Sequence record: PV400810.1
Source: Pseudomonas phage vB_PaeM_GXNNA8
Strand: one strand, 5' to 3'
Length of the DNA: 64,000 bases
Part shown: in pieces, positions 46,748-56,193 of the stretch
Layout of the letters: every line of letters starts with the position of its first letter
How positions within the stretch are numbered: the first letter of the stretch is position 1
The notes under the pieces: model-generated
The model's input: only the letters and a program-made list of their open reading frames with translations
Told to the model about the DNA's origin: nothing
Database searches by the model: none
Position numbers and translations under genes: made by a program

Positions 46748-47107
46748 TTACATAACGCGATTACGGTAACCCTTTACTTTAAAGGGGCTTCCTTTACCTT
46801 TAAACCAGTCCGTTGGAATGACCTTAACGTTCAAGGTGGGTTGTCCTTCCCAATGGGCTTTAAGGAACCGGTGCCAGCCATCAATGATCACCCACTCTCC
46901 TTCCCATTCCGTAATCAGCAACGGAAAGGAATAATCCGCTCGCTTAATCCGGTCCTTGTCCTCTTCAACGGCATGCGCCAGGAGCCATTCAAAGTCCTTT
47001 AAGGGAACCGTTTGAACGGGGAGTGTCTCACTTCGACGGAGGAAGTCGTTGAGGTGGTAGACTTTACCGTCATGAACGAACGTAGATCCATATTCCTGAT
47101 ACGCCAT
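46748..47107 (-). CDS. ParB/Srx-fold (ParB-like nuclease domain) protein, candidate
   Basis: WVIIDGWHRFLKA contains the DGxHR signature of ParB N-terminal-like domains. Confidence 0.35.
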   Translation of the reverse strand: MAYQEYGSTFVHDGKVYHLNDFLRRSETLPVQTVPLKDFEWLLAHAVEEDKDRIKRADYSFPLLITEWEGEWVIIDGWHRFLKAHWEGQPTLNVKVIPTDWFKGKGSPFKVKGYRNRVM

Positions 47108-47814
47108 TAGTCCCCCTTAATGGGTAGATCCATCCGAACAGTTCGAGTCGGTTGGGTGTAGTCTTCCAACAGGCCCATGAGCTGCTCCCGGAGACGATCC
47201 CAGCTCGGTTGAGTAATCGTTAGGTTATCCAACTTCAGTCGGATATTCCGAACCTCAGGGTCTGCGAAGACTTCCGTCAACGGGAAATACGCATAGTTCC
47301 GTCCTATTTTAAACCGAACCTTGTATTTCTCGTCAAAGAACTTCAAACTGTGATTCAACCGTTCCAGCAAGATACTCGCCACGTGTTCTTCCGGTAGAGA
47401 CAGGTAATAATCCCCGTCTTGGGTAAAGACCAACCCTTCCTTATCGTGGAGGGTGACTTTACCGGCTTCTAATACGGCTTCAAACCGCCCGTCCTTGTTG
47501 TCGTGGAACATCAGGGTATGGGTGCTCCGTCCCATCTTCACCACCCGCTTATTGTGCTTATAGCACGCAATCACCACCAACAACGGTAACGTCTGGTAAT
47601 CATACGAACGATCGCTTAGGTATTCCTCCACTTCCCCCTCGCTGGTTTCACGGATAATCACCAGGTGTTCAGCATACACGTCATACAACACCGATTCGTT
47701 ATGATCCAGCAACGTGGTAAAAAACCGTTTGGATTCACCGTTAATGAACAGACCGGTGTCATGTGTATGGGTTTTACCCAATAGGTCTTGTTCAAACACC
47801 ACTTGGTAATGCAT
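47107..47814 (-). CDS. hypothetical protein (235 aa)
   Basis: An AGGAG Shine-Dalgarno sits 9 nt upstream of the ATG at 47814. The stop/start overlaps the next gene by 1 nt. Confidence 0.5.
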   Translation of the reverse strand: MHYQVVFEQDLLGKTHTHDTGLFINGESKRFFTTLLDHNESVLYDVYAEHLVIIRETSEGEVEEYLSDRSYDYQTLPLLVVIACYKHNKRVVKMGRSTHTLMFHDNKDGRFEAVLEAGKVTLHDKEGLVFTQDGDYYLSLPEEHVASILLERLNHSLKFFDEKYKVRFKIGRNYAYFPLTEVFADPEVRNIRLKLDNLTITQPSWDRLREQLMGLLEDYTQPTRTVRMDLPIKGD

Positions 47815-47856
47815 AAACCGAATCTCCTAAATGATCCATTGGGTATAATCACGACG

Positions 47857-47874
47857 GTAATATAGGTTTGATTT
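47857..47874 (-). promoter_or_regulatory. promoter-like 18-mer, variant copy 4 (AAATCAAACCTATATTAC)
   Basis: Matches the consensus at 14 of 17 positions. It lies downstream of hairpin 47904-47930 and 43 nt upstream of the ATG at 47814. Confidence 0.4.
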
Positions 47875-47903
47875 CCCCTTTAGCTTAAATGCGGTATAAC
47901 ACC

Positions 47904-47930
47904 CCCTACCTAAGCTCAGCTTAGGTAGGG
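47904..47930 (-). terminator. hairpin ccctacctaagct...agcttaggtaggg
   Basis: Inverted repeat after gene 47981-48421. Confidence 0.5.
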
Positions 47931-47980
47931 AGGTCAGTAATGGGGTAGTAAGTGGGTATACCAGTAAACATTTACTGTTT

Positions 47981-48421
47981 TCATGTCTCAAAGTCTACAG
48001 GGGGAGGAGCAGTCAGCAAGCGATCACCCGCATACACCGCCCCGTAATACCCGGGGCCTTCTTGATACAACGGTTCTGTCTTCGTAAAGGCTAAGAAGAC
48101 ATCTTCCAATCCGTCAGGGACTTTACACAACGGAGGATCAGTAGGGGGTTTATCTTGAAGTACTCTGTACGCTTCTGTAAGCTTCCAATAGAGCCGATTG
48201 TCCTTACCCGCCTCTACCGTACTCCTTTCTACCTGATCGCCTCGCCTAAGCGCTGCTAGACGCCTTACCAGCATCACAAACAACGCATCCGCCTTAGCAA
48301 AGGTAATCTTCGCCTCCCTTTCCAATAACCGTATCAATATCCCCGCATTCGTTTGATCCTCTACACTCACGTGTAAGAGATCAAATGTATTCTTAATTTC
48401 ATTAACCCCACGATGCGTCAT
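47981..48421 (-). CDS. hypothetical protein (146 aa)
   Basis: ORF only. Confidence 0.45.
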   Translation of the reverse strand: MTHRGVNEIKNTFDLLHVSVEDQTNAGILIRLLEREAKITFAKADALFVMLVRRLAALRRGDQVERSTVEAGKDNRLYWKLTEAYRVLQDKPPTDPPLCKVPDGLEDVFLAFTKTEPLYQEGPGYYGAVYAGDRLLTAPPPVDFET

Positions 48422-48702
48422 TGTTTTTCTTTTCCTTTAACCGTGATGCGTTCACCAAGCAGACCGAGCACACGTTCGTCTTTGCCGTCGTCGAGACAGG
48501 GAATGATATCAGGTAGAGGTTCAGTTGCCCGGAGGCGTTTTCGGATGAGTTTGAGCATTACAGGCCCGGGTATCTCGCTCGTCCGCGTAGTGCCGTACAA
48601 ATGGTAACCTGCCAGTAAGTCTGCCAGTTGACGGTTACTGAAATGGTCGAAATCCCCAGTCATGGTATTTACTCCGGTAGTGAATCGGTAATGGCAGAGC
48701 AA
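48418..48702 (-). CDS. hypothetical protein (94 aa)
   Basis: Has a 4-nt overlap with the downstream gene. Confidence 0.4.
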   Translation of the reverse strand: MLCHYRFTTGVNTMTGDFDHFSNRQLADLLAGYHLYGTTRTSEIPGPVMLKLIRKRLRATEPLPDIIPCLDDGKDERVLGLLGERITVKGKEKQ

Positions 48703-49018
48703 TCTTCTCAGCTCTGCTTGCTGAATGTATTAATCAGAACGTGTTGGAATACTGATTAACCTACGGTTCTCTCTCCTTTTTCCTCATCCCCCTTCCGGGG
48801 GTATAAGGGGGTATTCCCTCTCTTCCCTTTCTCTTCTCTCTCTGTATTCCGTATAGATCAAAAGAAAGATCTAAAGAGAATAGAGAAAGATCAAAAGAGA
48901 GAACAAGGAAGTCGTAGTTACTCCGTAACTACTCCACTCTTTATTAGGAAATAAACCCCTTTCCCCACTGCTTGTCAGCCAGTTTACAATACAATAAATA
49001 CATTAAGTGATAAATTAC
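48703..49018. repeat. 316-bp non-coding island with an 85-nt polypyrimidine tract, an AG-rich tract with three GATC sites and direct repeats, and several hairpins
   Basis: Elements: ttaatcag...ctgattaa; cccccttccggggg; ctctcttccctttctcttctctctc followed by gatcaaaagaaagatctaaagagaatagagaaagatcaaaagagag; and gtagttac-tcc-gtaactac. Confidence 0.5.
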
Positions 49019-50362
49019 CTAAGGAGCATCAAATACCCTGTCATTCAAGAAGAGGGTTAAAGCAGAATGTTCCCTGAAGATAATATCTGGACTTTCCGTA
49101 TCCTTCATGAGTTCAGTACGAGCACCAATCAAAGTACCCTCCTTGTACTTCAAGCGATCATCCCCACTCATAAAGAAGAACCGTACAGGCATACCCGGTT
49201 CTAGTAAGTCCCTGTTCGAGTTATTCCACTGGATCGTTTCCAATGTCCCATCATTGTAAGCATTCACGGATAAGTGCTTACAGAGGTTATTGGTAGGAGT
49301 CGGTTCAAAGGGTATAATCTCCTCCCCACTGCTCCGCTTAGCGGTTTGGTATTCGGAGAGGGAATCAGGACGGGTAGATGCTGACTGACCCTTAGCGTAG
49401 TAGTTGCCCACTTCACCCATGACCGCGTCCGAACTGATCAACCGTTTACCCGTACCCTCATTCTGACGGTCAATGTCAGCCCCATCCACATGTCGACCTG
49501 TACCGGTTGCCAAGATCGTTGTAACCCGGTCTTGGGTAAAGTACGTGGCGTGGAGGGTAGGGACTGCATCAGGGGGTAGTCGATAAATACTCAGTACCCG
49601 TTTACCGTTCTCATACCGACCGATCTTGAAGAGCGGGTAAATCATCCAAAGGCCTTTCTGGTAATACATCCCAAAGCCTTTGGTATAGATCCCAAACTCC
49701 TCATGGGTCTGCATCCACATCCCTAACTGGGGTAAAGGCACCGCAGACGGTATATCGATCAACTTAAAGACCCGAGGGTTATCAATAGGGCGTTCAATGT
49801 CCACCCCTCTAAAGGCATCCTTACCCGTCAACTGAAGTTGCTTACCGTATTTGGTGAGTTGGTAGTGGAGCGCGTCATCCAAGGTGGTCATTAAGTGTTT
49901 GTCAGACACCATCTCATTCTTCAGCAAAGCGTACCCCAGTTCAATCATCTGGAACTTAACCGTTATCAGGTTAATACTGTCCTTACCTTCCAGGTGAGCC
50001 AAATGGACGCTGTTACCGGCCATCTCAGGGTTCGAGTCACTCAAGGGGATACACCGGAACCGACTCATGGTTTGATGAAGACCTTGGCGTTCGACCACTT
50101 CAATAAAGAGATTGTCCTTATAGGGCAGGATTCGGTTCAGGTAAACCCCGGGTTGCAAGTTGCCCTGAATACGCCAGTCATCGGAACAGTTCGCTGAATA
50201 CATCGACAACCGAGCCATCCCCGTGGGGATAATCAGTTCAATCTGTTCAACCGGAGTAATGATCGTTGCAAACAGTCGGATCTTCTTATCCGACCGTTGC
50301 GTATTCACCGAGTTTGCTAAGGCGATTAAGTTAGCTAATGGACGTGGTAATTCCATACTCAC
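49019..50362 (-). CDS. hypothetical protein (447 aa), first gene of a 15-kb minus-strand block
   Basis: ORF with a 4-nt overlap with the next gene. Confidence 0.55.
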   Translation of the reverse strand: MSMELPRPLANLIALANSVNTQRSDKKIRLFATIITPVEQIELIIPTGMARLSMYSANCSDDWRIQGNLQPGVYLNRILPYKDNLFIEVVERQGLHQTMSRFRCIPLSDSNPEMAGNSVHLAHLEGKDSINLITVKFQMIELGYALLKNEMVSDKHLMTTLDDALHYQLTKYGKQLQLTGKDAFRGVDIERPIDNPRVFKLIDIPSAVPLPQLGMWMQTHEEFGIYTKGFGMYYQKGLWMIYPLFKIGRYENGKRVLSIYRLPPDAVPTLHATYFTQDRVTTILATGTGRHVDGADIDRQNEGTGKRLISSDAVMGEVGNYYAKGQSASTRPDSLSEYQTAKRSSGEEIIPFEPTPTNNLCKHLSVNAYNDGTLETIQWNNSNRDLLEPGMPVRFFFMSGDDRLKYKEGTLIGARTELMKDTESPDIIFREHSALTLFLNDRVFDAP

Positions 50363-51093
50363 AGTAATCCTGTCGGTTTATTGAACAACCAAGGACCGAG
50401 ATCCTCAGGTGTATCATGCGTGGCTAAACTATCCGCTACAGCTTTGTTCGTGATATACGGCTGTTCACTGAGTGAGAGACCCGGGTTCAACGTATCGTCC
50501 CCGAAGAGTTCATCCAAATGACTGACGAAACTGATCTCAGCTTTGGGGGTTCCCATGGCGTTGATACTAAACAGCGCTGACAACTGCATTAGGTTCCGTT
50601 TATCGGTCTCTTGAACATCACCCCCCAGTTCCCGTAGTTTCTTCTTATCCAAGTACGGTTTAATCCGTTTGTAGAAGTTAAAGAGGGTATACGCCAGGAG
50701 TTCCAGCTTACGAAGTTCATCAATGGAGGGTGTTGGAAACTCCGGTGCTTTCTTAAAGAGTTCACACCAGAGACAAATGTACTCCTGAATGGATTCGTAG
50801 ATCAACGGAATCACAATCTGAGGTTCCCTGAATCCCAAATCCTTCTCACTGGACAAGTTAGGCAGGATATCGATGATCCTGGGAACACTCATCCGTCGAA
50901 CTTGGTATTCGTTGTAGTAATTCGGATCTCCAACGAACCCCTCCTGGGAGTATTCTTCCCGATCCCGGAGTTCTTCCAAACTCATGAGCATTGCGGGCGT
51001 TACCCACACATCGAAGGACCGGTTATTCAGAATGTTGTAGAGTTCGATTAGTCGGGTGCGTATGGTGTTATACCGACTTAAGGGCATGCTCAT
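50359..51093 (-). CDS. hypothetical protein (244 aa)
   Basis: Translationally coupled with both neighbours. Confidence 0.55.
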   Translation of the reverse strand: MSMPLSRYNTIRTRLIELYNILNNRSFDVWVTPAMLMSLEELRDREEYSQEGFVGDPNYYNEYQVRRMSVPRIIDILPNLSSEKDLGFREPQIVIPLIYESIQEYICLWCELFKKAPEFPTPSIDELRKLELLAYTLFNFYKRIKPYLDKKKLRELGGDVQETDKRNLMQLSALFSINAMGTPKAEISFVSHLDELFGDDTLNPGLSLSEQPYITNKAVADSLATHDTPEDLGPWLFNKPTGLL

Positions 51094-52385
51094 AGCGGAC
51101 CTCCAAATTTACGCGCGTACTTCAGCAGCATCAGCAGAATAGCCCCTTCGTACAGTTGTTCTACCGGTTCCTTATCAAAGTACCCTTCGCAATAGGCTAA
51201 GAGTTCTTTATGATCCGTGACTTTCGTGGTAAGGGTTCGGTACAGGAGGTTCTCAAAGGCGCCTTCGGGTTTCCCTTGGTAAAAGCCTTGACTAAAGAGG
51301 TACGTAATGTCCTCTTGTTTCCCGGGAATAACAATGGGATACCCGTCCATATTGAAGTGAACCCGATACGCAATGAAGTCCTTAGGGTTGGTGGTCACGA
51401 ACCACCGGATCTTACTCGACGACAGGTTACCGTACAACCGGCTGTTCATTAAGCGGGTTACTTCCACCAAGGCGGCTTTGTTGTCGCACACCTTCAAGAG
51501 ATTCAAATCCCCCCTCAACAACACTTCCCAAATGTTGTTCGTTCCCCACCGGCTGTACTCCAATCCCCCGTACTGAACCGAGAACTGGTTAATGGGTGGG
51601 TAGTTCTGTCGCATGTCCGGGGTAATGAACGCAGACAGGAAGTTCACCAGATAAGGGTCATACACCTTATCCTTCTCATTGGTCCCCTTCTTATCGAACA
51701 CGATGGTGCGTTCGGGGTTCCAGTAGAACCGTTTCAGGATATGACTGGCGATGGTTTGATTCCACTGGAAGAGTTTCTGTCCAACCTCCTCTTCCCCTTT
51801 AGTAATCAGGGAAGCCCCTCCATGGAGTACAGAATCTTTGGAATACACCCGGTGTTGGACCACCCGTCCTTGGAGAATGGTATCCGTCTCCTGGTCCAGG
51901 ATACCCCTCAATACCGCGGTAACGAAGTACACCTTATTTGCGGTGAAATTACGAATTTCCGGTTGTTCCGTACACGCAAAGAGCCCTGCTCGACCATCCC
52001 CAATGTCCACAATAAACACATCATGGCGAATAGGGTTGGCATCGGTGGTAAACCAGAAGTTAAAGATCTTGGTGGATTCACCGGTCTGAGGATCAAAGTT
52101 AAACGTCTCATCCCCATCGATCTTGAGGGGTAACCGGTCAATACGCACGTAACTCTGGTACGTATCGGTGTTTCCAGGGTAGAAGGGTTTTGGTTCTTCA
52201 CCTGGATTCAGGAATTGACGGAAGTACTGACAGAGACGAGGACGTCCTTCAACTTCAGAGAGCAGGCTCTGTTCGGGTTGCCAAACGGAATCCACAATGG
52301 AATGCCGATACGTCTCGCTGTAGATCCGGGGCGTTTCAGGTTCAATCGGAATATCCCTTCCGATAGGGTTAATATCCAGAGACAT
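51090..52385 (-). CDS. hypothetical protein (431 aa)
   Basis: ORF only. Confidence 0.55.
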   Translation of the reverse strand: MSLDINPIGRDIPIEPETPRIYSETYRHSIVDSVWQPEQSLLSEVEGRPRLCQYFRQFLNPGEEPKPFYPGNTDTYQSYVRIDRLPLKIDGDETFNFDPQTGESTKIFNFWFTTDANPIRHDVFIVDIGDGRAGLFACTEQPEIRNFTANKVYFVTAVLRGILDQETDTILQGRVVQHRVYSKDSVLHGGASLITKGEEEVGQKLFQWNQTIASHILKRFYWNPERTIVFDKKGTNEKDKVYDPYLVNFLSAFITPDMRQNYPPINQFSVQYGGLEYSRWGTNNIWEVLLRGDLNLLKVCDNKAALVEVTRLMNSRLYGNLSSSKIRWFVTTNPKDFIAYRVHFNMDGYPIVIPGKQEDITYLFSQGFYQGKPEGAFENLLYRTLTTKVTDHKELLAYCEGYFDKEPVEQLYEGAILLMLLKYARKFGGPL

Positions 52386-52400
52386 GGTTTCATTTCCTTC

Positions 52401-53909
52401 TTAATCGTTCCGGTAGGCCCACAGGCCAAAGCCCATCTCATATCGGTTAAAGCGCTCGGTCCAACGACCCCATCCCTTATGGATGTGTTTCCGGAGGTAG
52501 TTGATGTGTAAGTACCACGGTTCAGGTACTTCACTGAAATCGAACCAATCAAAGATCTGAGGCAAAATACCCCAGTCTTCAGGATGATCGATTAAATCGC
52601 TCCAGAATGCGTCAGAATAGTCTCTTATCGCATAGTCGAGGGTTACCACTACTCGATACGTTTTGTTTAAAACAGGCCTGCTGTGGAGCGTTATAGACCC
52701 CTTCTCATCCAGGGTCAGGTGTTCGGGGGCAATTAACTGGTCATTTTCAAAGACTTGAATCAGAAAAGGGGTTTCAAAATGCTGGAAGGCAACCGCATGA
52801 CGACGAAGTAAATACGCCTTAGCATTGTCGTACCAAACAAAGTCAGGAATATCAAATAGGTTACAAAGTACCTGAGTGGGTTCATCCTCGACTTTGAGTC
52901 GTGCTTGGATCACCGGTTGCATCCAATCGAAGTTAGGCCACGCCCAAGGATCGTGCTTAGGCAGCTTCAAATAGAAGGGGGTGTGTCTGAACCCTTCCGG
53001 GAACATAATCTCCCGACCGGCTTCTACTTCAGGAGCGGCTTTAATGAACTCCGGTAATTCATGTTGAGGTTGGACTCTCGGAATATACTGACTGGGTATT
53101 TCATCCTGATAAATGTTCAGGGGATACTCAAACTCCCACCCAATGAAATCATTGAAGAAGAAGCTGTACGTAAACTCCACTTCCCACCGACCATAAGTCG
53201 CGCTCTTATTCGTCTTCGCTACAAAGGGTTCGGAGAACTGAATACCAACTCGGTTCTGTTTAAGCGGGATAACTACCCGTTTGTGGTTACCCGCTACGTT
53301 ACTGATCACACGCACCGGAAATTGCCACATCTCACCCAGCCATTCAGACGGGTCGGGTACCGACGGGTTGTTCTTCTTCAAGAGGTCGTAAATCACCTCC
53401 AGGAATTCCATAATAGGAGGATTAATGACCATATGAGTCGTTGGGGAGAAGGTGAAGTCAACGACTTGGTTCTCCTTGAGCCGGTTCATACGGTCTTTCA
53501 TCTGACGAGCGGTGTTCTCCGAGTTGAACATCGACACGACTTTGACATCAATCCGTTTGTTCTCAAACGTAGGGCACAACAGGATACCCGGTTCCTTGTT
53601 GTACAGTACGGGTCGTTCTACCATCTGACGACGGTTCGTCCAAGCTTCACTACGGTTCACCTCAGGAACAATAAAGATCTTGTTCCTGAAAATCCCATCT
53701 GTGTACCGATCTGCATGAGGGCCGTCACTCATATTGCTCCCTACGGTCTTCGCAATCTCATTCTCACCGTTGTAGTAAATGGCGGTGGCGGAGTCTAGCC
53801 CGTAGAAGTTCAATACAGCCTTAATGGAATCATAAATCGCAGGACGCAAATAAGCGTCGTAGTTTTCTTCGCATTCAACAAAAGTTTTAAGCATATTCAC
53901 TGCCTGCAC
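52401..53909 (-). CDS. hypothetical protein (502 aa)
   Basis: ORF only. Confidence 0.55.
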   Translation of the reverse strand: MQAVNMLKTFVECEENYDAYLRPAIYDSIKAVLNFYGLDSATAIYYNGENEIAKTVGSNMSDGPHADRYTDGIFRNKIFIVPEVNRSEAWTNRRQMVERPVLYNKEPGILLCPTFENKRIDVKVVSMFNSENTARQMKDRMNRLKENQVVDFTFSPTTHMVINPPIMEFLEVIYDLLKKNNPSVPDPSEWLGEMWQFPVRVISNVAGNHKRVVIPLKQNRVGIQFSEPFVAKTNKSATYGRWEVEFTYSFFFNDFIGWEFEYPLNIYQDEIPSQYIPRVQPQHELPEFIKAAPEVEAGREIMFPEGFRHTPFYLKLPKHDPWAWPNFDWMQPVIQARLKVEDEPTQVLCNLFDIPDFVWYDNAKAYLLRRHAVAFQHFETPFLIQVFENDQLIAPEHLTLDEKGSITLHSRPVLNKTYRVVVTLDYAIRDYSDAFWSDLIDHPEDWGILPQIFDWFDFSEVPEPWYLHINYLRKHIHKGWGRWTERFNRYEMGFGLWAYRND

Positions 53910-53920
53910 GATGTGGTCTA

Positions 53921-53951
53921 GGAGGGAGAGGGGTTCCCCCCTTCTCCCTCC
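53921..53951 (-). terminator. imperfect GC hairpin ggagggaga-gggg-ttc-cccc...tctccctcc
   Basis: Inverted repeat between minus-strand genes. Confidence 0.4.
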
Positions 53952-53968
53952 CCAGTACCAGACGTTGG

Positions 53969-54724
53969 TTATTCCGGGTCTACGTCACCGGGCGATGGTT
54001 GGGGATCTTCTTCCCCTTCGGAACGGTACCGAATAAACAGATGAGGACCCTCCTCAAGCTTAATGATCACCAAGCCTGAGAAACAATCCGATACGTTATC
54101 GATCAGTTCTCCCCCTTTCAACCGATCCACCGTAACCGACTGGATCTTAACGGAGTTCAGGTAATCCACCACCTGCTGACAGAAAGTGTCAGACAACCGA
54201 GACCGGTTCTCCGTAAAGAGGTTCCCATTCCCCTGGAAGATTTTAGAACTTAACGCCATCTGGAGACGAGGGGTATCCAAGTCGGTGGCTTTAAGAATCC
54301 CTGAAGGCCCTAAGCGGGCTTTATTGAGCAGTTTAAGGATCAGGCGCCCTTTCCACAGGATACTGGTCGGAGCGATCTCCAGGGTGACCATCTGGAAAGG
54401 AGAAGGTGCATTCTTGGGCAGGTCTACTTTCCCTTCTGGAACCGTATAGTCCACCCCTTCCACGAGGAAGAGTTTAAACGTGTTACTGAGCCGTTTAAAC
54501 ACCTGAGCCAACGGTTCTTGGTCAGCCACCGGGAGCTCAGGAATACTGACCCCCATGTAATCCCCAATATCCTTCTTTGGAATAGGGAGTATGGTTTCGT
54601 CGTTATTCAACTGAACCACCACATACCCGACGTCTTCATCTCCAGGTTGAGTACCCAGGATAACGCTGTCTTTGGGCAGCTGTGTTTGGATCTGTTCCAA
54701 GACACGTGGATGGAGTGTTTTCAT
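53969..54724 (-). CDS. hypothetical protein (251 aa)
   Basis: ORF only. Confidence 0.5.
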   Translation of the reverse strand: MKTLHPRVLEQIQTQLPKDSVILGTQPGDEDVGYVVVQLNNDETILPIPKKDIGDYMGVSIPELPVADQEPLAQVFKRLSNTFKLFLVEGVDYTVPEGKVDLPKNAPSPFQMVTLEIAPTSILWKGRLILKLLNKARLGPSGILKATDLDTPRLQMALSSKIFQGNGNLFTENRSRLSDTFCQQVVDYLNSVKIQSVTVDRLKGGELIDNVSDCFSGLVIIKLEEGPHLFIRYRSEGEEDPQPSPGDVDPE

Positions 54725-56193
54725 GTGTTCGTACCCCCAGTGTTCCCACCCTCTTTAATAAAGATGTGGGGTGTAATACCTTTAATGGCTTTACGAAGAC
54801 CTTTAACCAACTTATCGTGCTCACCAATCTTCTTCTTGGCCTCCGCAACGGCTTCTTTAGCAGCTTTAACCGTTTCCTGTACTGCTGCCTTAGCCGCACT
54901 AACCGCTTCTTTGTCTTCATCATTCCCACTGGTCTGCTGAGAGGCTTTCCTCAATTCAGCCAGGGTGGTATCAACCGCTTTCTTATCAGCCCGGAGTTTC
55001 TCACCGTTGACTTCTTCTTTCTTAAGAAGACCCAACAGTCCATCGATTACACCCCCTACGTCCGTGGGTGTCCGAAGCCGATTCACAACCTGAGACATTG
55101 CCCCAGAGACATCCACCTTCTCCGCTAGGGTCTTAATCCCCTCACGTGCCTTGTCGTTGATGCTGACATTCTTGGTGGGCATGGATTGGACCGCTTTCTT
55201 ATTGTCCTCCCCAGTCTTTGCTACGGCATCGTTGTCGGCTTTCTCTTTCTCAGACGACTCGTACCAAGCTTTCAGTTGTTCCCAGCCACTCAAAGCCGCT
55301 TGGTAGGCGTTCCGAGCAACCGCTTTAATGGAGTCAAAGACTTGACCCTCACTCCCTTCAATGGAACGGAGTTTAACCCCGTTCATTTCAGCAACAGTCA
55401 TGAAATAATCACGGTCGGTGCTTTGAATACCATCCAGGTAATCTTCCAGACCCTGGAGAACATGCAATGGGTGGTCGAGCACACACCCGCATTCACAGGT
55501 ATCACCTCCCGCACACTCCAACCCAGGAACCCCCCAATGATTGACCTCAATCGGATGGAGGTAGGTGTAGTCCATCGGCGCATACTCTTCCAAGCCCGCC
55601 AACAGCCCCTGACGAGAGGTTACGAAGATGTCCACCAAACTCAGAATCTTGTCAATGTATTCCAGTTTACGCGCGGTAGCGGAATACACTTCAGCTGGGG
55701 TGAGCTTCAGACTATCCTCATCCTGTTCCAGCAGGTAATTGACCAACCCTTTACCCTTGCTGATCAGTGCACCTACTCCTTCCGCCTCCGTAAATGCACC
55801 ACCCTTATTCCCCAACGAACAAATCAGCATGGAAATGTCCCGAGGGAATTGATAGATTCCGTTCTCAATACTACTCAGGGTTTCCTTCAGGTAACGGTCC
55901 AGGACAGCATTCACTTTCAACTCACTGGCGTCGTAATAGTCAAACTCACGACTGATAATATTCAGTGTGTTGACAATCTGACCCATGATGTGTTCTTCAG
56001 TTAATTGACTAATCCCATGTTTCTCCAGGTAGCTAATCAATTCAGGGGTCTTCTCCTCGGAGAGAACGTCCTTACCCACTTCCCCCAGGATCATCCCCAG
56101 CAAACCTAAACGATAGGCTGCGTTCATCATCGTCCCCTTACTTAACCTTAACGGTGACATTACCCTTGTAAATCGTCGAGTAACGTGCGTCAA
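54721..56193 (-). CDS. hypothetical protein with a Cys cluster (CAGGDTCECGC) and a Lys/Ala-rich C-terminus; true start probably the internal Met near 56130
   Basis: The listed 5' end overlaps the upstream gene by 56 nt. Confidence 0.55.
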   Translation of the reverse strand: MTHVTRRFTRVMSPLRLSKGTMMNAAYRLGLLGMILGEVGKDVLSEEKTPELISYLEKHGISQLTEEHIMGQIVNTLNIISREFDYYDASELKVNAVLDRYLKETLSSIENGIYQFPRDISMLICSLGNKGGAFTEAEGVGALISKGKGLVNYLLEQDEDSLKLTPAEVYSATARKLEYIDKILSLVDIFVTSRQGLLAGLEEYAPMDYTYLHPIEVNHWGVPGLECAGGDTCECGCVLDHPLHVLQGLEDYLDGIQSTDRDYFMTVAEMNGVKLRSIEGSEGQVFDSIKAVARNAYQAALSGWEQLKAWYESSEKEKADNDAVAKTGEDNKKAVQSMPTKNVSINDKAREGIKTLAEKVDVSGAMSQVVNRLRTPTDVGGVIDGLLGLLKKEEVNGEKLRADKKAVDTTLAELRKASQQTSGNDEDKEAVSAAKAAVQETVKAAKEAVAEAKKKIGEHDKLVKGLRKAIKGITPHIFIKEGGNTGGTNT

